In this document: positions 30,898 through 44,535 of the stretch, in pieces
Layout: each line of letters opens with the position of its first letter
Numbering within the stretch: position 1 is the stretch's first letter
Source: Alphaproteobacteria bacterium
GTDB lineage: Bacteria; Pseudomonadota; Alphaproteobacteria; GCA-2746255
Reading direction: 5' to 3'
Assembly: GCA_965249135.1 (NCBI GenBank)
Contig: OZ252220.1
Span: forward strand, 768,001-832,000
DNA length: 64,000 nt
Made by a program: the position numbers and the translations under genes
Notes under the pieces: generated by a model
Told to the model about the DNA's origin: nothing
The model's database searches: none
Seen by the model: only the letters and a program-made list of their open reading frames with translations

Positions 30898-31968
30898 ATG
30901 ACTGGGAACAGCTTCGGGACCCTCTTTCGGTTCACGACCTGGGGGGAAAGCCACGGACCTGCCATCGGCGGCGTCGTCGATGGCGTGCCGCCGGGCCTGG
31001 CCCTGACGGAAGCCGATATTCAGGTCTGGCTCGACCAACGGCGGCCGGGAAGCTCGCGCTTTACGACCCAGCGCCGCGAAGCCGATCAAGTCAAGATTCT
31101 CTCCGGCGTCTTCGAAGGCAAGACGACGGGGGCACCGATCAGCCTTCTTATCGAAAACACGGATTCCCGCCCGAAGGATTACGACGCGATCAAGGACGTC
31201 TTCCGTCCGGGACATGCCGACTATACCTACTTCAAGAAATACGGCATCCGCGACTACCGGGGCGGGGGCCGTGCGTCGGCACGGGAGACGGCCATTCGCG
31301 TCGCCGCCGGTGCCATCGCCCGAAAGATCTTAGGCGCGCACATCGTCATCCGCGGCGCGCTCGTCCAGATGGGACCGCTGAAGGTGGATGCGGAGCGCTG
31401 GGACTGGGACGCCGTCGGACGGAATCCCTTCTTCTGCCCCGACACCAAGCTGGCAAAGGAACTGGAATCCTACCTCGACGGCATCCGCAAGGCGGGCAAC
31501 TCCGTCGGTGCCATTATCCATCTCGAAGCATCCGGTGTGCCGGTAGGGCTTGGCGCGCCGGTTTACGACAAATTGGACGCCGACCTCGCCAAGGCGATGA
31601 TGAGCATCAATGCCGTCAAAGGGGTCGAGATCGGCGCCGGTTTCGCGGCTGCCTCGCTCTCGGGCGATGAGAACGCCGACGAAATGCGCATGGAAAACGG
31701 CGAGGCGACCTTCCTTTCCAACCATGCCGGCGGCGTTTTGGGTGGCATCTCGTCGGGCCAGCCGGTCATCGTGCGCTTCGCCGTGAAACCGGCAAGCTCG
31801 ATTACGGTCTCGAGACGGTCCGTCGACCGCGCAGGGAAAGACGTCGATGTCGCGACGAAAGGCCGCCACGATCCGTGCGTCGGCATTCGCGCCGTCCCGG
31901 TGGGCGAGGCGATGCTGGCAAACGTGCTGGCGGATCACTTGCTCCGTCACAAGGCGCAGTGCGGCTAA
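30898..31968 (+). CDS. aroC: chorismate synthase
   Basis: [27 protein letters not shown]. Confidence 0.98.
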   Translation: MTGNSFGTLFRFTTWGESHGPAIGGVVDGVPPGLALTEADIQVWLDQRRPGSSRFTTQRREADQVKILSGVFEGKTTGAPISLLIENTDSRPKDYDAIKDVFRPGHADYTYFKKYGIRDYRGGGRASARETAIRVAAGAIARKILGAHIVIRGALVQMGPLKVDAERWDWDAVGRNPFFCPDTKLAKELESYLDGIRKAGNSVGAIIHLEASGVPVGLGAPVYDKLDADLAKAMMSINAVKGVEIGAGFAAASLSGDENADEMRMENGEATFLSNHAGGVLGGISSGQPVIVRFAVKPASSITVSRRSVDRAGKDVDVATKGRHDPCVGIRAVPVGEAMLANVLADHLLRHKAQCG

Positions 31969-31977
31969 GCCTTCGCC

Positions 31978-32730
31978 TTAACCTTCGAAGCGGGCGGCAA
32001 TCAGGAATTCCTTGTTTCCTTCGGAGCCTAAGATCGGGCTTTCCGTGAGGCCCAGCACCGTCCAGCCGGGCAGCGCCTGAAGCCAGGCGGTGATCCGCTC
32101 GCAGACTTCCGCATGCTGCGCAGGCTCGCGGACGACCCCTCGCTTTCCGACCTTCCCCTTGCCGACCTCGAATTGCGGCTTGATGAGGGCGATGAGCATG
32201 GCGCCCGGTGCGGCCAGACGCAAAGGCTTGGGCAGGATCGTCTCCAGCCCGATGAAGCTCGCATCGCAGACGATCAAATCGACCGCCTCGGGGATCTCCG
32301 CGTCCGTAAGGTTCCTTGCGTTGATACGCTCGAGCACGGAGACACGGGGGTCGTTGCGAAGCTTCCAGTCCAGCTGGCCATGGCCGACATCGACGGCATA
32401 GATCTTGCGGGCCCCGCCGTGGCAAAGCACATCCGTGAAGCCACCATGGGAGGCGCCGATGTCGAGCGCCGTCTTGTCGGCCGGATCGATCCCGAAATGT
32501 TGAAGCGCGTGAGCCAGCTTCACGCCACCGCGCGACGCCCATGGATGCTGAGGCCCCCTGAGCTCGAGCGGGGTTTCGAGCGCAAGCCGCATGCCGGGTT
32601 TTTCGAGACGGCGGGTGCCGCTGAAGACACGGCCCGCAAGCACGATGGCCTGGGCGCGGTTTGGGTTCTCGGCCAAGCCGAGACGGACGAGCAATGCGTC
32701 AAGGCGGAACTTTTCCGCCTTCTTCGGCAT
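31978..32730 (-). CDS. tlyA: TlyA rRNA 2'-O-methyltransferase
   Basis: RLD.LLV S4 domain, SRGGVKL, DIGASHGGFTD, DVGHGQL, IKPQFE, GNKEFL. Confidence 0.94.
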   Translation of the reverse strand: MPKKAEKFRLDALLVRLGLAENPNRAQAIVLAGRVFSGTRRLEKPGMRLALETPLELRGPQHPWASRGGVKLAHALQHFGIDPADKTALDIGASHGGFTDVLCHGGARKIYAVDVGHGQLDWKLRNDPRVSVLERINARNLTDAEIPEAVDLIVCDASFIGLETILPKPLRLAAPGAMLIALIKPQFEVGKGKVGKRGVVREPAQHAEVCERITAWLQALPGWTVLGLTESPILGSEGNKEFLIAARFEG

Positions 32731-32734
32731 GGGA

Positions 32735-34669
32735 TCAGGCGCGGGCGGAGACGATGTCGTGGCCAAGGGTGGCCAGTGCCGTGTCCACGATGTGGCGGGC
32801 ATTGAGGCCTGCGGTTTCGTACTGCTTGGCAGGCGCGTCGTGCTCCAAGAATACGTCCGGCAGCACCATCGGCCGGACCTTCAGGCCGGCATCCAACAGC
32901 CCGCCAAGGGCAAGAGACTGCAGGACGTGGGAGGCAAAGCCGCCGACCGCACCTTCCTCGATGGTGATCAGGACCTCATGCTCCAGCGCGAGTCGGCGGA
33001 TCAGTTCCTCGTCGAGCGGCTTGGCGAAGCGGGCGTCCGCCACCGTCGTCAACAGGCCCCTCGCGGCCAGTTCGTCGGCCGCCAGCAGGCATTCCTGAAG
33101 CCGCGCGCCGAAGGAAAGGAGGGCCACCGTCGTGCCTTCCTTTAGCACGCGGCCGCGGCCGATCTCGAGTGGGACGCCACAGCTCGGCATGTCGACGCCG
33201 ATCCCTTCGCCACGCGGGTAGCGGACGGCCGAGGGCCGATCGTCGATCGCGGCTGCCGTCGCCACCATGTGGACGAGTTCCGCCTCGTCCGCCGCCGCCA
33301 TCACCACGAAGCCGGGCAGGCAGCTCAAATAAGTGACGTCGAAGGACCCGGCATGGGTCTGGCCGTCGGCGCCGACGAGGCCGGCACGGTCGATGGCGAA
33401 TCGCACCGGCAGTTTCTGAATCGCGACGTCGTGGACGACCTGGTCATAGGCCCGCTGAAGAAACGTCGAATAGATGGCGGCGAAGGGTTTGAAGCCTTCC
33501 GTCGCCAGCCCGGCGCAGAACGTCACCGCATGCTGTTCGGCAATGCCGACGTCGAAACAACGCTCCGGGAAACGCTCTGCAAACAAATTGAGGCCGGTCC
33601 CGGACGGCATGGCGCCGGTGATGGCGACGATCTTGTCGTCCTTCTCCGCCTCCTGGATCAATGCCTTCGCAAAGGTCGTCGTGTAGTTCGGCGCCTTCGG
33701 CTTCGACTTCTTCTGGATGCCGGTGACGACGTCGAACTTGCTGACCCCATGGTACTTGTCGGCGGACGCCTCGGCCGGTCCATAGCCGTGTCCCTTCTTG
33801 GTCACGACGTGGATGAGAACCGGGCCCGGCTCGGTGTCGTCGCGGACGTTCTTGAGCACCGGCAGCAGGTGGTCGAGGTTGTGCCCGTCGATCGGCCCAA
33901 CGTAAAAGAAACCAAGCTCTTCGAACAGCGTGCCGCCGGTGACGAGCCCGCGGGCGAACTCCTCGGCACGGCGCGCCGTGATCTCGATCGAGCGGGGAAA
34001 TTTCTTGGCGATCATGCTCGCCAGATGGCGGAGCGACCGGTAGGGCTTCGACGAAATCAGCCGCGAGAGATAGGCGCTCATGGCGCCGACGGGGGGCGCG
34101 ATCGACATGTCGTTGTCGTTGAGGATGACGATGAGACGGCTATCCATCGAGCCGGCGTTGTTCATCGCCTCGTACGCCATGCCGGCGCTCATCGCGCCAT
34201 CGCCGATGACGGCAATCACCTTGTTCTTCCGTCCTTCGAGATCGCGGGCGATGGCCATGCCAAGGGAAGATGAAATCGATGTCGAAGCGTGCGCCGCGCC
34301 GAACGGATCGTATTCGCTTTCGGAACGCTTCGTGAATCCGGAAAGACCCCCGCCTTGCCGAAGCGTGCGAATGCGATCGCGCCTGCCGGTCAAAATCTTG
34401 TGCGGGTAACATTGATGGCCGACGTCCCACACCAACCGGTCTTCCGGCGTGTTGAAGACGTGGTGGATCGCCACGGTAAGCTCGACGACGCCAAGCCCGG
34501 CGCCTAGGTGGCCGCCGGTATTGGAAACCGCATCAATCGTCTCGATGCGCAGCTCGTCCGCCAGCTGGCGAAGCTGCTTTTCCTTCAACTTGCGCAGATC
34601 GGCCGGCAAGGTGATTTCGTCGAGAAGCGGTGTCTTGCTAGTTGGATTCGCTTCGGTTTTCTCCGACAA
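32735..34669 (-). CDS. dxs: 1-deoxy-D-xylulose-5-phosphate synthase
   Basis: [39 protein letters not shown]. Confidence 0.98.
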   Translation of the reverse strand: MSEKTEANPTSKTPLLDEITLPADLRKLKEKQLRQLADELRIETIDAVSNTGGHLGAGLGVVELTVAIHHVFNTPEDRLVWDVGHQCYPHKILTGRRDRIRTLRQGGGLSGFTKRSESEYDPFGAAHASTSISSSLGMAIARDLEGRKNKVIAVIGDGAMSAGMAYEAMNNAGSMDSRLIVILNDNDMSIAPPVGAMSAYLSRLISSKPYRSLRHLASMIAKKFPRSIEITARRAEEFARGLVTGGTLFEELGFFYVGPIDGHNLDHLLPVLKNVRDDTEPGPVLIHVVTKKGHGYGPAEASADKYHGVSKFDVVTGIQKKSKPKAPNYTTTFAKALIQEAEKDDKIVAITGAMPSGTGLNLFAERFPERCFDVGIAEQHAVTFCAGLATEGFKPFAAIYSTFLQRAYDQVVHDVAIQKLPVRFAIDRAGLVGADGQTHAGSFDVTYLSCLPGFVVMAAADEAELVHMVATAAAIDDRPSAVRYPRGEGIGVDMPSCGVPLEIGRGRVLKEGTTVALLSFGARLQECLLAADELAARGLLTTVADARFAKPLDEELIRRLALEHEVLITIEEGAVGGFASHVLQSLALGGLLDAGLKVRPMVLPDVFLEHDAPAKQYETAGLNARHIVDTALATLGHDIVSARA

Positions 34670-34700
34670 CGTCCTGGTTTCCCCACCCCCGGACTCCCAT

Positions 34701-35603
34701 TCAGTGCCGTCGGGTGACGACGAAATGGGCAGCCCTGGCTAATAATTCCGCCTTTTTGCCAAAAAGATCAAGATGAGCAATGGCTTGATCCGCTAAAATT
34801 TTTGCTTGTTCGCGCGCCCGCTCGACCCCGAGGATCGACACAAAGGTCGCTTTTCCGGCGTTTTCGTCCTTCTGGACGGCCTTTCCCGTCGTCTTTGAAT
34901 CCCCTTCCACATCAAGAAGATCGTCCTGGATTTGAAAGGCCAGCCCAAGGTCGTGGGCATAGGCATGCAGCGCATGACGCTCGGCATCGCGCGCCTCTCC
35001 CAAGACCGCTCCCGATTCGCAGGCAAAGGCGATCAGCGCCCCGGTTTTCATCCGCTGAAGCCGGGTGATGGCGCCGATATCCATCGTGATGCTCTCGGCC
35101 AGGAGATCCAGCATCTGGCCGCCCACCATGCCGGCCGCCCCCACCGCCTGGGCCAGCGCACGGACCAGTTCCGAGCGCACCCGCGACGTCGGATGGGTCT
35201 CGGACGTAGCAAGGATTTCGAAGGCGAGCGCCTGCAGGGCGTCGCCCGCCAGGATCGCCGTCGCCTCGTCGTACTGTACATGACAGGTCGACTGCCCGCG
35301 CCGAAGTTCATCGTCGTCCATGGCCGGCAGATCGTCATGGACAAGCGAATAACAGTGCGCGAGCTCGACGGCGGCGGCCACGCGAAGCGCGCGCGGTTCC
35401 GGCACGTCGAAAAGTTCCGCACTCATCACCACCAGGAAGGGACGAAAACGTTTGCCGCCGCCGAGTGCTGCATAACGCATTGCCTCACAAACCCGGACAT
35501 CCGGCCCTTCGCTTGTCGGAAGCAAGCGATCGAGAAGTTCGCTCACGGCATCCGCGGTTTCCGTCAGCGCCGTTTCCAGGGATGGCGTGTCCAGCTTATT
35601 CAA
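34701..35603 (-). CDS. ispA: geranyl/farnesyl diphosphate synthase
   Basis: [37 protein letters not shown]; TTG start approximate. Confidence 0.95.
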   Translation of the reverse strand: MNKLDTPSLETALTETADAVSELLDRLLPTSEGPDVRVCEAMRYAALGGGKRFRPFLVVMSAELFDVPEPRALRVAAAVELAHCYSLVHDDLPAMDDDELRRGQSTCHVQYDEATAILAGDALQALAFEILATSETHPTSRVRSELVRALAQAVGAAGMVGGQMLDLLAESITMDIGAITRLQRMKTGALIAFACESGAVLGEARDAERHALHAYAHDLGLAFQIQDDLLDVEGDSKTTGKAVQKDENAGKATFVSILGVERAREQAKILADQAIAHLDLFGKKAELLARAAHFVVTRRH

Positions 35604-35847
35604 TGTCGACGTCTTCCAGACCCATCGGACCGTCGCCGCCAAGCTGAATTTGGCTGACCTTCGACTGGGCCTCGCGAAGCTTCATCTCACAGTGCCGCTT
35701 GAGCGCAGCACCCCGTTCATAGGAGGTGATCGCCTCGTCCAGTTTCCCCTTGCCGGATTCGAGCCGTTCGACGATCGCCTCGAGCGCCGCCAGCGCCTGT
35801 TCGAAGCTCATCGCCTGGATGTCCTTGGGAATTTCCCGCTTGGCCAT
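35596..35847 (-). CDS. xseB: exodeoxyribonuclease VII small subunit
   Basis: SFEQALAALEAIVERLESG...YERG. Confidence 0.95.
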   Translation of the reverse strand: MAKREIPKDIQAMSFEQALAALEAIVERLESGKGKLDEAITSYERGAALKRHCEMKLREAQSKVSQIQLGGDGPMGLEDVDIE

Positions 35848-36020
35848 GGAATCCGCCAATTTTTCGCCAATTTTTCGCTAGATTTTAAAGGTACCGCAGG
35901 CCCTTCCTGAAAGGCAAGCCGGGGCCACCAGCCGAAATTTAAAGGCAAAAAAACATTTAAAACTGCATTGAAAACGGCTAGCTTATAACCGCCGAACGAC
36001 GCAAAACCTTGGAGGAAGGA

Positions 36021-37202
36021 ATGGGCCGGATGGAGCGCAGCCTGCATCCATCAAAAGAAGAAGGAAGACCGGTTTTGCGAAGCCGCACGCTTTGGCTAAT
36101 GCCGATCGTCTTTCTCGTTGCCGCCCTCACCGCACCCGCCCTTGCCCAGAAAGGGCCAGGGCAAGGGGGCCCGCCACCGACCCTGGTCGTCGTCGATGAG
36201 GTGCGGACCGAAGAAATGGCCCAGACCATGCCGGTCATCGGCCGTCTCGTCGCCCTTCGCGCAGGCGACGTCGCGACCCGGATCGACGGCCGGGTGGGCA
36301 TTTTCCGGGCCGAGGTCGGCGATCGGGTGAAGAAGGGCGCCGTGCTGGCCGTCCTCGATTCGGACCGGCTCGAACGCGAACTTAAGCGCCGCATGGCTTC
36401 CGTCGCCGAGAGCAAGGCCTCCCTTGAAAGCGAGAAGGCCTCCCTTGCGATCGACGACCAGGAACTGCGTCGGCTCGAATCCTTACGCAAATCCGCCGCC
36501 TTCTCGAAGGCCCGCTACGAAGACAAACAGAAGGAAGTGCTGCGCTCCCGTACGCGCGTCAACGTGGCCGAAGCGGTGCTGGAGAACACGACCGCCCAGC
36601 TCGCGCTCGCCCGGCTTGATATTGAAGACGCGCGCATTCGCGCGCCTTACGCCGGCGTGGTTACCGTTCGCCATACGGAAGTCGGCGCCTATGTGAAGCA
36701 GGGAGACGCCGTCGTCTCGATGGTGAACGACAAAAACCTGGAGATCGAGGCGGACGTTCCCTCCCAACGTTTAAGCGGCATCAAGTCGGGTGTCGTCGTA
36801 AAGGTCGAGATCGACAACCGGAACGACTATTTCGCAGTCGTTCGCGCCGTCGTACCGGAAGAAAACCCGATGACACGGACCCGCCGCGTACGTTTCGTCC
36901 CCGGTTTCGATGCGAAAGCGGAAAACTTCGCCGCCAATCAAAGTGCGGTCATTCACCTGCCCATCGGTCACGCGCGTGACGTGCTGACCGTCCACAAGGA
37001 CGCCATCGTGAAGCGCGGAGGCGCCTCGCTCGTTTTCGTGGTGGCGAAAGGCGAAGCGCAGCCGCGCCCGATCACCATCGGGGACGCCGTCGGCAACCGC
37101 TTCGAGGTCCTGAGCGGTCTTGGACCCGGTGAACTCGTCGTCACGCGCGGCAACGAGCGCCTCATTCCGGGCCAGAAGGTCCTGTTCGAACGGAAGCGTT
37201 AG
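36021..37202 (+). CDS. RND efflux membrane fusion protein
   Basis: GDRVKKGAVLA, IRAPYAG lipoyl halves, coiled coil, GELVVTRGNE; start 36021 or 36030. Confidence 0.9.
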   Translation: MGRMERSLHPSKEEGRPVLRSRTLWLMPIVFLVAALTAPALAQKGPGQGGPPPTLVVVDEVRTEEMAQTMPVIGRLVALRAGDVATRIDGRVGIFRAEVGDRVKKGAVLAVLDSDRLERELKRRMASVAESKASLESEKASLAIDDQELRRLESLRKSAAFSKARYEDKQKEVLRSRTRVNVAEAVLENTTAQLALARLDIEDARIRAPYAGVVTVRHTEVGAYVKQGDAVVSMVNDKNLEIEADVPSQRLSGIKSGVVVKVEIDNRNDYFAVVRAVVPEENPMTRTRRVRFVPGFDAKAENFAANQSAVIHLPIGHARDVLTVHKDAIVKRGGASLVFVVAKGEAQPRPITIGDAVGNRFEVLSGLGPGELVVTRGNERLIPGQKVLFERKR

Positions 37203-37203
37203 G

Positions 37204-40368
<3,165 letters not shown>

Positions 40369-40396
40369 GATAAAGACTTGGCGGCGCCGGCAAATT

Positions 40397-40442
40397 TGCT
40401 TAAGAATTGGACGATCGTCTGCCTATGCTTAATAATTAGGCA
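40397..40442 (+). promoter_or_regulatory. tandem NtrC-type enhancer sites
   Basis: TGCTTAATAATTAGGCA (40426-40442, TGC-N11-GCA) and imperfect TGCTTAAGAATTGGACG (40397-40413), ~110-150 bp upstream of a -24/-12 promoter. Confidence 0.6.
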
Positions 40443-40549
40443 GATCTTCGGGGAGGAAGAGGGGGAACGCCAATCGGTCCCCGCCCGGAGATTGGATCTA
40501 ACGAGCTAATTTTCCTTACCTTTTTCGGGCGAACGGTAACCGTGACCGA

Positions 40550-40564
40550 TGGCACGGGTCTTGC
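40550..40564 (+). promoter_or_regulatory. sigma54 (-24/-12) promoter
   Basis: TGGCACGGGTCTTGC with exact GG-N10-GC spacing, ~60 nt upstream of the porin ATG. Confidence 0.8.
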
Positions 40565-40626
40565 GATGACAAGACCAGGACACCGTTCGCACCATGACGA
40601 CATGGCTTTAAAGGAAGGAAAAGCTC

Positions 40627-41364
40627 ATGAAGAAAATCTATCTGGTCGCATTGACCGCGATTTGCTTGGTGGCCGCGAGCCACGCGGCCTATGCCCAAGA
40701 CGCAGCAGCCGCCGAGGAAAAGGCCTATAGCCTGTCTGCGAATTTCGCCATCGTCTCGGATTACATGTTCCGCGGTATTTCCCAAGTGGACGGCGAGCCG
40801 ACGCTCCAGGGCGGCTTCGATTTCGGCTACGACACGGACGGGCCGACCGATCTTTATCTCGGCATCTGGGGTTCCGGCGTGGATTTCACGGACGCGTCGT
40901 CGGAATTCGACATTTACGGCGGCCTGGCCGGCGAGATGAATGGGGTCTCCTGGGATCTGGGCTTCATCTGGTACCTCTATCCCGGCGCCGACAGCGCTCT
41001 CAACTACGACTTCGTCGAAGCAGCCTTTGCGCTTGGCTACGACTTCGGCCCCTATGCGGTTTCCGCCGGCCTCAACTTTTCGCCGGAATATTTCGGCGAC
41101 AGCGGTGATTCCTATTACTGGTCGGGCGGCGTCGACGTGCCCTTGCCGGAAGGAATCGGGCTCGGTTTCCATGTCGGCCACCAGAGCATCGACAACAACA
41201 CCGCCTTCGGGGTTCCAGATTATTTGGACTGGAGCGTGACGGTCTCGAAGGAATTCGAGGGTTTCGGCTTCTCCCTCGCCTATATCGACACGGATCTCTC
41301 GAACTCGGAATGTAACGACGCCTGCGACACGAAAATCGTCGGCACCATCTCCAAGGAATTCTGA
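40627..41364 (+). CDS. TorF-family (Gcw_chp, TIGR02001-like) putative outer-membrane porin
   Basis: signal peptide ending AYA, SDYMFRGISQ, P.LQGGFD, E.DIYGG, C-terminal Phe. Confidence 0.88.
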   Translation: MKKIYLVALTAICLVAASHAAYAQDAAAAEEKAYSLSANFAIVSDYMFRGISQVDGEPTLQGGFDFGYDTDGPTDLYLGIWGSGVDFTDASSEFDIYGGLAGEMNGVSWDLGFIWYLYPGADSALNYDFVEAAFALGYDFGPYAVSAGLNFSPEYFGDSGDSYYWSGGVDVPLPEGIGLGFHVGHQSIDNNTAFGVPDYLDWSVTVSKEFEGFGFSLAYIDTDLSNSECNDACDTKIVGTISKEF

Positions 41365-41425
41365 TCGCTCGAAGAGTTCGGATTCCTTCCACGGCAGGCT
41401 CTCGGTTCCTTGGGGTCACGAAGAT

Positions 41426-41454
41426 ATCGCCCTCCAACCGGGGGGCGGGATTTT
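41426..41454 (+). terminator. putative intrinsic terminator
   Basis: CGCCCTCC-AACC-GGGGGGCG hairpin followed by TTTT between convergent genes. Confidence 0.5.
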
Positions 41455-41465
41455 CACGTCGCTCT

Positions 41466-42137
41466 TTAAAAGCCGAAGAACTCCGCGAATTCTAAAGCCG
41501 ACGCGCGTTCCGTCTGCAACTGGTTCTCAGGCGCCGCCTCGTCGATATAGCCGAGCGACATGCCGCACACGATCGTCTCGCTTGCCGGAATGGGCAGATG
41601 CTTGCGGATGATCCGGTGAAAGGGCGGCCAGGAGGCCTGCGGACAGCTATGCAGTCCCTTCGCCCGGGCGACGAGCATGACGTTTTCGACGAACATACCG
41701 TAGTCGAACCAACTGCCGATCTCGAGCCGCTTGTCGATCGCAAAGAACAGGCCGACGGGCGCGCCGAAGAATTCGTAATTCCGCCCCTGCTGCTTGCGCA
41801 TCCCTTCCTTGTTTTCCTTCGTCAGCCCCAACAGGCCGTAAAGATCCAGCCCGACCTTCTTGCGCCGTGACTTGTAGGGTTCGGCCCATTCGTCCGGGTA
41901 GTATTTGAACTCCGGCTCGTGTGCCTCGGCTTTCGTGGCAATGGCCTCTAAGGTTTCCTTCGTCAACGCCTCCCTCACGGCGCCGGCCGCCACGTAGACC
42001 TTCCAGGGCTGGAGGTTCGTCCCGCTGGGCGCCCGGGCGGCCAGATCCAGAATCTCGGCCACCGTCTCCTTGGCAAGCGGGGTGGCCAGGAACGCCCGGG
42101 CCGAGCGTCGCGTCAGAATGGCTTCGATCACATCCAC
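41466..42137 (-). CDS. nitroreductase family protein
   Basis: RRSARAF, APSGTNLQPW, FFGAPVGLF, GLHSCPQ. Confidence 0.9.
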   Translation of the reverse strand: MDVIEAILTRRSARAFLATPLAKETVAEILDLAARAPSGTNLQPWKVYVAAGAVREALTKETLEAIATKAEAHEPEFKYYPDEWAEPYKSRRKKVGLDLYGLLGLTKENKEGMRKQQGRNYEFFGAPVGLFFAIDKRLEIGSWFDYGMFVENVMLVARAKGLHSCPQASWPPFHRIIRKHLPIPASETIVCGMSLGYIDEAAPENQLQTERASALEFAEFFGF

Positions 42138-42173
42138 GTCCGTTGTTTCCTTCCTACCTCTTAAGTCACCTTC

Positions 42174-42605
42174 TTAAGGCTTGCTGGTTTGTTTCGCCGC
42201 CGGCACCAGCTTCGCTAACCACGAGCCCGCCAGCAGCGCCGCCAGGAAAAGAAGCGTCTTCGGAAGCCCGTGAGCCAGCGAGGCGAGCGCCGGCCCCGGA
42301 CAGAACCCGACCAGCCCCCACCCCACCCCGAAGATGGCGCTCCCTAAAATCAGGCGCGCGGGTAAGCTTTTAAGCGTCGGTACCGCGAACGTCCCTGCGA
42401 AGACCGGGTGGGGAAGTTTCAGGATGTGGCGGAAGGCGACGAGCGGCACAAGGACCGCGCCCAGCAGCACGAGCGCCAGGCTCGGGTCCCAATCGCCGGC
42501 GACGTCGAGGAAGGCCAGCACCTTCGCTGGGTTCACCATCTGGGAAAGGCCGAGCCCGACCCCAAACAGGACACCGGCCAAAAGCGATGCGAGGAACCTT
42601 CCCAT
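42174..42605 (-). CDS. YeeE/YedE-family sulfur-compound transporter subunit (PmpB-like)
   Basis: MVNPAKVLAFLDVAGDWDPSL, FGVGWGLVGFCPGP. Confidence 0.88.
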   Translation of the reverse strand: MGRFLASLLAGVLFGVGLGLSQMVNPAKVLAFLDVAGDWDPSLALVLLGAVLVPLVAFRHILKLPHPVFAGTFAVPTLKSLPARLILGSAIFGVGWGLVGFCPGPALASLAHGLPKTLLFLAALLAGSWLAKLVPAAKQTSKP

Positions 42606-42606
42606 C

Positions 42607-43032
42607 TCAAGCCCCAACTACGTGACGGGCAAGGGTGACGGTCGCCATCGCGGTTACCAGGAAAACCAGCGTGGCGACGATCGAACGCGCACTCAGCCGC
42701 GCGATCCCGCAGACCCCATGCCCGCTCGTGCAGCCGCCGCCCAACCGGGTACCGAAACCGACCAGCAGTCCGCCGGCAACCAGAATGGGAAAGCTCGCAT
42801 CGATGGCGATGCCGCGGCCGGCCGGATCGAGGAGACGAAAGAGAACGGCGCCAAGGACAAGGCCTGAGAGAAACAGCGCCCGCCACGCCGTATCCCCCTT
42901 CACCGGTGGCAGTAACTGGCCAAGGATGCCGCTGATGCCGGCGATCTTGCCATTAAGCCAGAGAAGAAGGACGGCCGAGACACCGATCAAGAGGCCGCCG
43001 GCGAACGCCGAATAGGGGGTGAAGTTTGCCAC
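42607..43032 (-). CDS. YeeE/YedE-family sulfur-compound transporter subunit (PmpA-like)
   Basis: GGLLIG, G.IAGISG, GTRLGGGCTSGHGVCG. Confidence 0.9.
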   Translation of the reverse strand: MANFTPYSAFAGGLLIGVSAVLLLWLNGKIAGISGILGQLLPPVKGDTAWRALFLSGLVLGAVLFRLLDPAGRGIAIDASFPILVAGGLLVGFGTRLGGGCTSGHGVCGIARLSARSIVATLVFLVTAMATVTLARHVVGA

Positions 43033-43144
43033 CTACGCCTTCCTTTCAAGGCTGGGGGGAACGGGCCTTTCGTTTATGGAGCGGCGAGCGGAACGACGCA
43101 AGGGCGATGGCCCGCCTTTGCGTCTTCCCCTAAAGTGGGACCCG

Positions 43145-44422
43145 ATGAACGTCTTCTTCTTCGCGATCATCCTGATCTCCTTCCTGGTCGCCGCCTGGCA
43201 GGAGGTGGGCTGGGTTGCGGCCTCAGCCGATGCGCTCTCGCCGATGGAGTTGCTCGCCGCCGGCATGATCGAAAAGGCAGCCGACGCCGTCACGCTCTCC
43301 ATCGGCTTAGTCGGCGTCATGGCGCTCTTCCTCGGCCTCATGAAGGTCGCCGAAGCTGGCGGCCTGCTCACCATCATCGCCCGCACCGTGCGACCCTTGA
43401 TGGTGCGCCTCTTCCCCGACGTGCCGGCCCACCACCCGGCGATGGGGGCGATGATCCTGAACATGTCGGCGAACGCGCTTGGCCTTGGCAACGCGGCGAC
43501 ACCGTTCGGCATTCGTGCGATGCAGGAGCTGGACAAGCTGAACCCCGTTAAGGGGACCGCGACGAATGCGATGGCGCTTTTCCTCGCCATTAATACCTCC
43601 AGCGTGACGCTGCTGCCCACCGGCGTCATCGCGCTGCGTGCGGCGGCCGGATCAACGGACCCGGCCGGCATTCTTCCCACCACGCTGGTTGCCACCATCT
43701 GCTCGACGACGGTCGCCATCCTGGCGGCGAAGCTCTACCAGCGCTATTCCGCGACGCTCGCGCCGAGCGCAGCCCCGCCCGACCTCGAGGCGGAGCCGCC
43801 CGCGCCGGCCGAAATACAAGAGGCCTATCCCGGCTGGGTCTCCGGCCTCGTGCTGGCCGGTATCCTGGGCCTCGTGCCATTGACCATCCTCTGGGGGAAG
43901 GCGATCTCGCCCTGGATCATCCCGGGGCTGATGGTCCTGCTGCTCGGTTTCGGTTTTCTACGGCGCGTGCGCGTCTACGAGGTCTTCGTCGAGGGGGCGC
44001 GCGATGGCTTCAAGGTGGCGGTCCGCATCATTCCCTATCTCGTCGCCATCCTGGTCGCCGTCGGCATGCTGCAAGCGAGCGGATCGATGGCGCTGCTCAC
44101 GTCTGCCATCGGGCCGGTGACGGCGGCCTTCGGCCTGCCGGCCGAAGCCCTGCCGATGGCGTTCCTGCGCCCGCTTTCCGGGTCCGGCGCCTATGGCGTG
44201 CTCGCCGCCATCATCCAGGACCCGGCCATCGGGCCGGACAGCTACACAGGGTACCTGGTGAGCACCTTCCAGGGCTCGACGGAGACCACCTTCTACGTGC
44301 TCGCCGTCTATTTCGGCGCCGTCCAGGTGCGCCGCGTCCGCCATGCGCTGGCAGCAGCCCTCACGGCCGACGTCGCCGGCATCGCGGCCGCCGTCGCCAT
44401 CTGCCTCATCCTCTTCGGTTAA
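43145..44422 (+). CDS. SpmA/SpmB fusion, nucleoside-recognition (Gate) membrane protein
   Basis: ANALGLGNAATPFG (SpmA) plus RPLSGSGA and GSTETTFYVLAVYFG (SpmB). Confidence 0.88.
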   Translation: MNVFFFAIILISFLVAAWQEVGWVAASADALSPMELLAAGMIEKAADAVTLSIGLVGVMALFLGLMKVAEAGGLLTIIARTVRPLMVRLFPDVPAHHPAMGAMILNMSANALGLGNAATPFGIRAMQELDKLNPVKGTATNAMALFLAINTSSVTLLPTGVIALRAAAGSTDPAGILPTTLVATICSTTVAILAAKLYQRYSATLAPSAAPPDLEAEPPAPAEIQEAYPGWVSGLVLAGILGLVPLTILWGKAISPWIIPGLMVLLLGFGFLRRVRVYEVFVEGARDGFKVAVRIIPYLVAILVAVGMLQASGSMALLTSAIGPVTAAFGLPAEALPMAFLRPLSGSGAYGVLAAIIQDPAIGPDSYTGYLVSTFQGSTETTFYVLAVYFGAVQVRRVRHALAAALTADVAGIAAAVAICLILFG

Positions 44423-44535
44423 CGGACTTAAGGCGGGCCTGGTTCCAAAAAGGCCCGCTTTGCGATAGGGTGCCTACAAAGCTCCCGCGCCTTTCGACGC
44501 GCGCGGCCAAGGCAAGAAAAGTGAGGAGGAAAACC

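Noticed and set aside
43145-44422. Spore maturation protein as evidence of sporulation
   Set aside because: SpmAB fusions are widespread in non-sporulating Gram-negative bacteria
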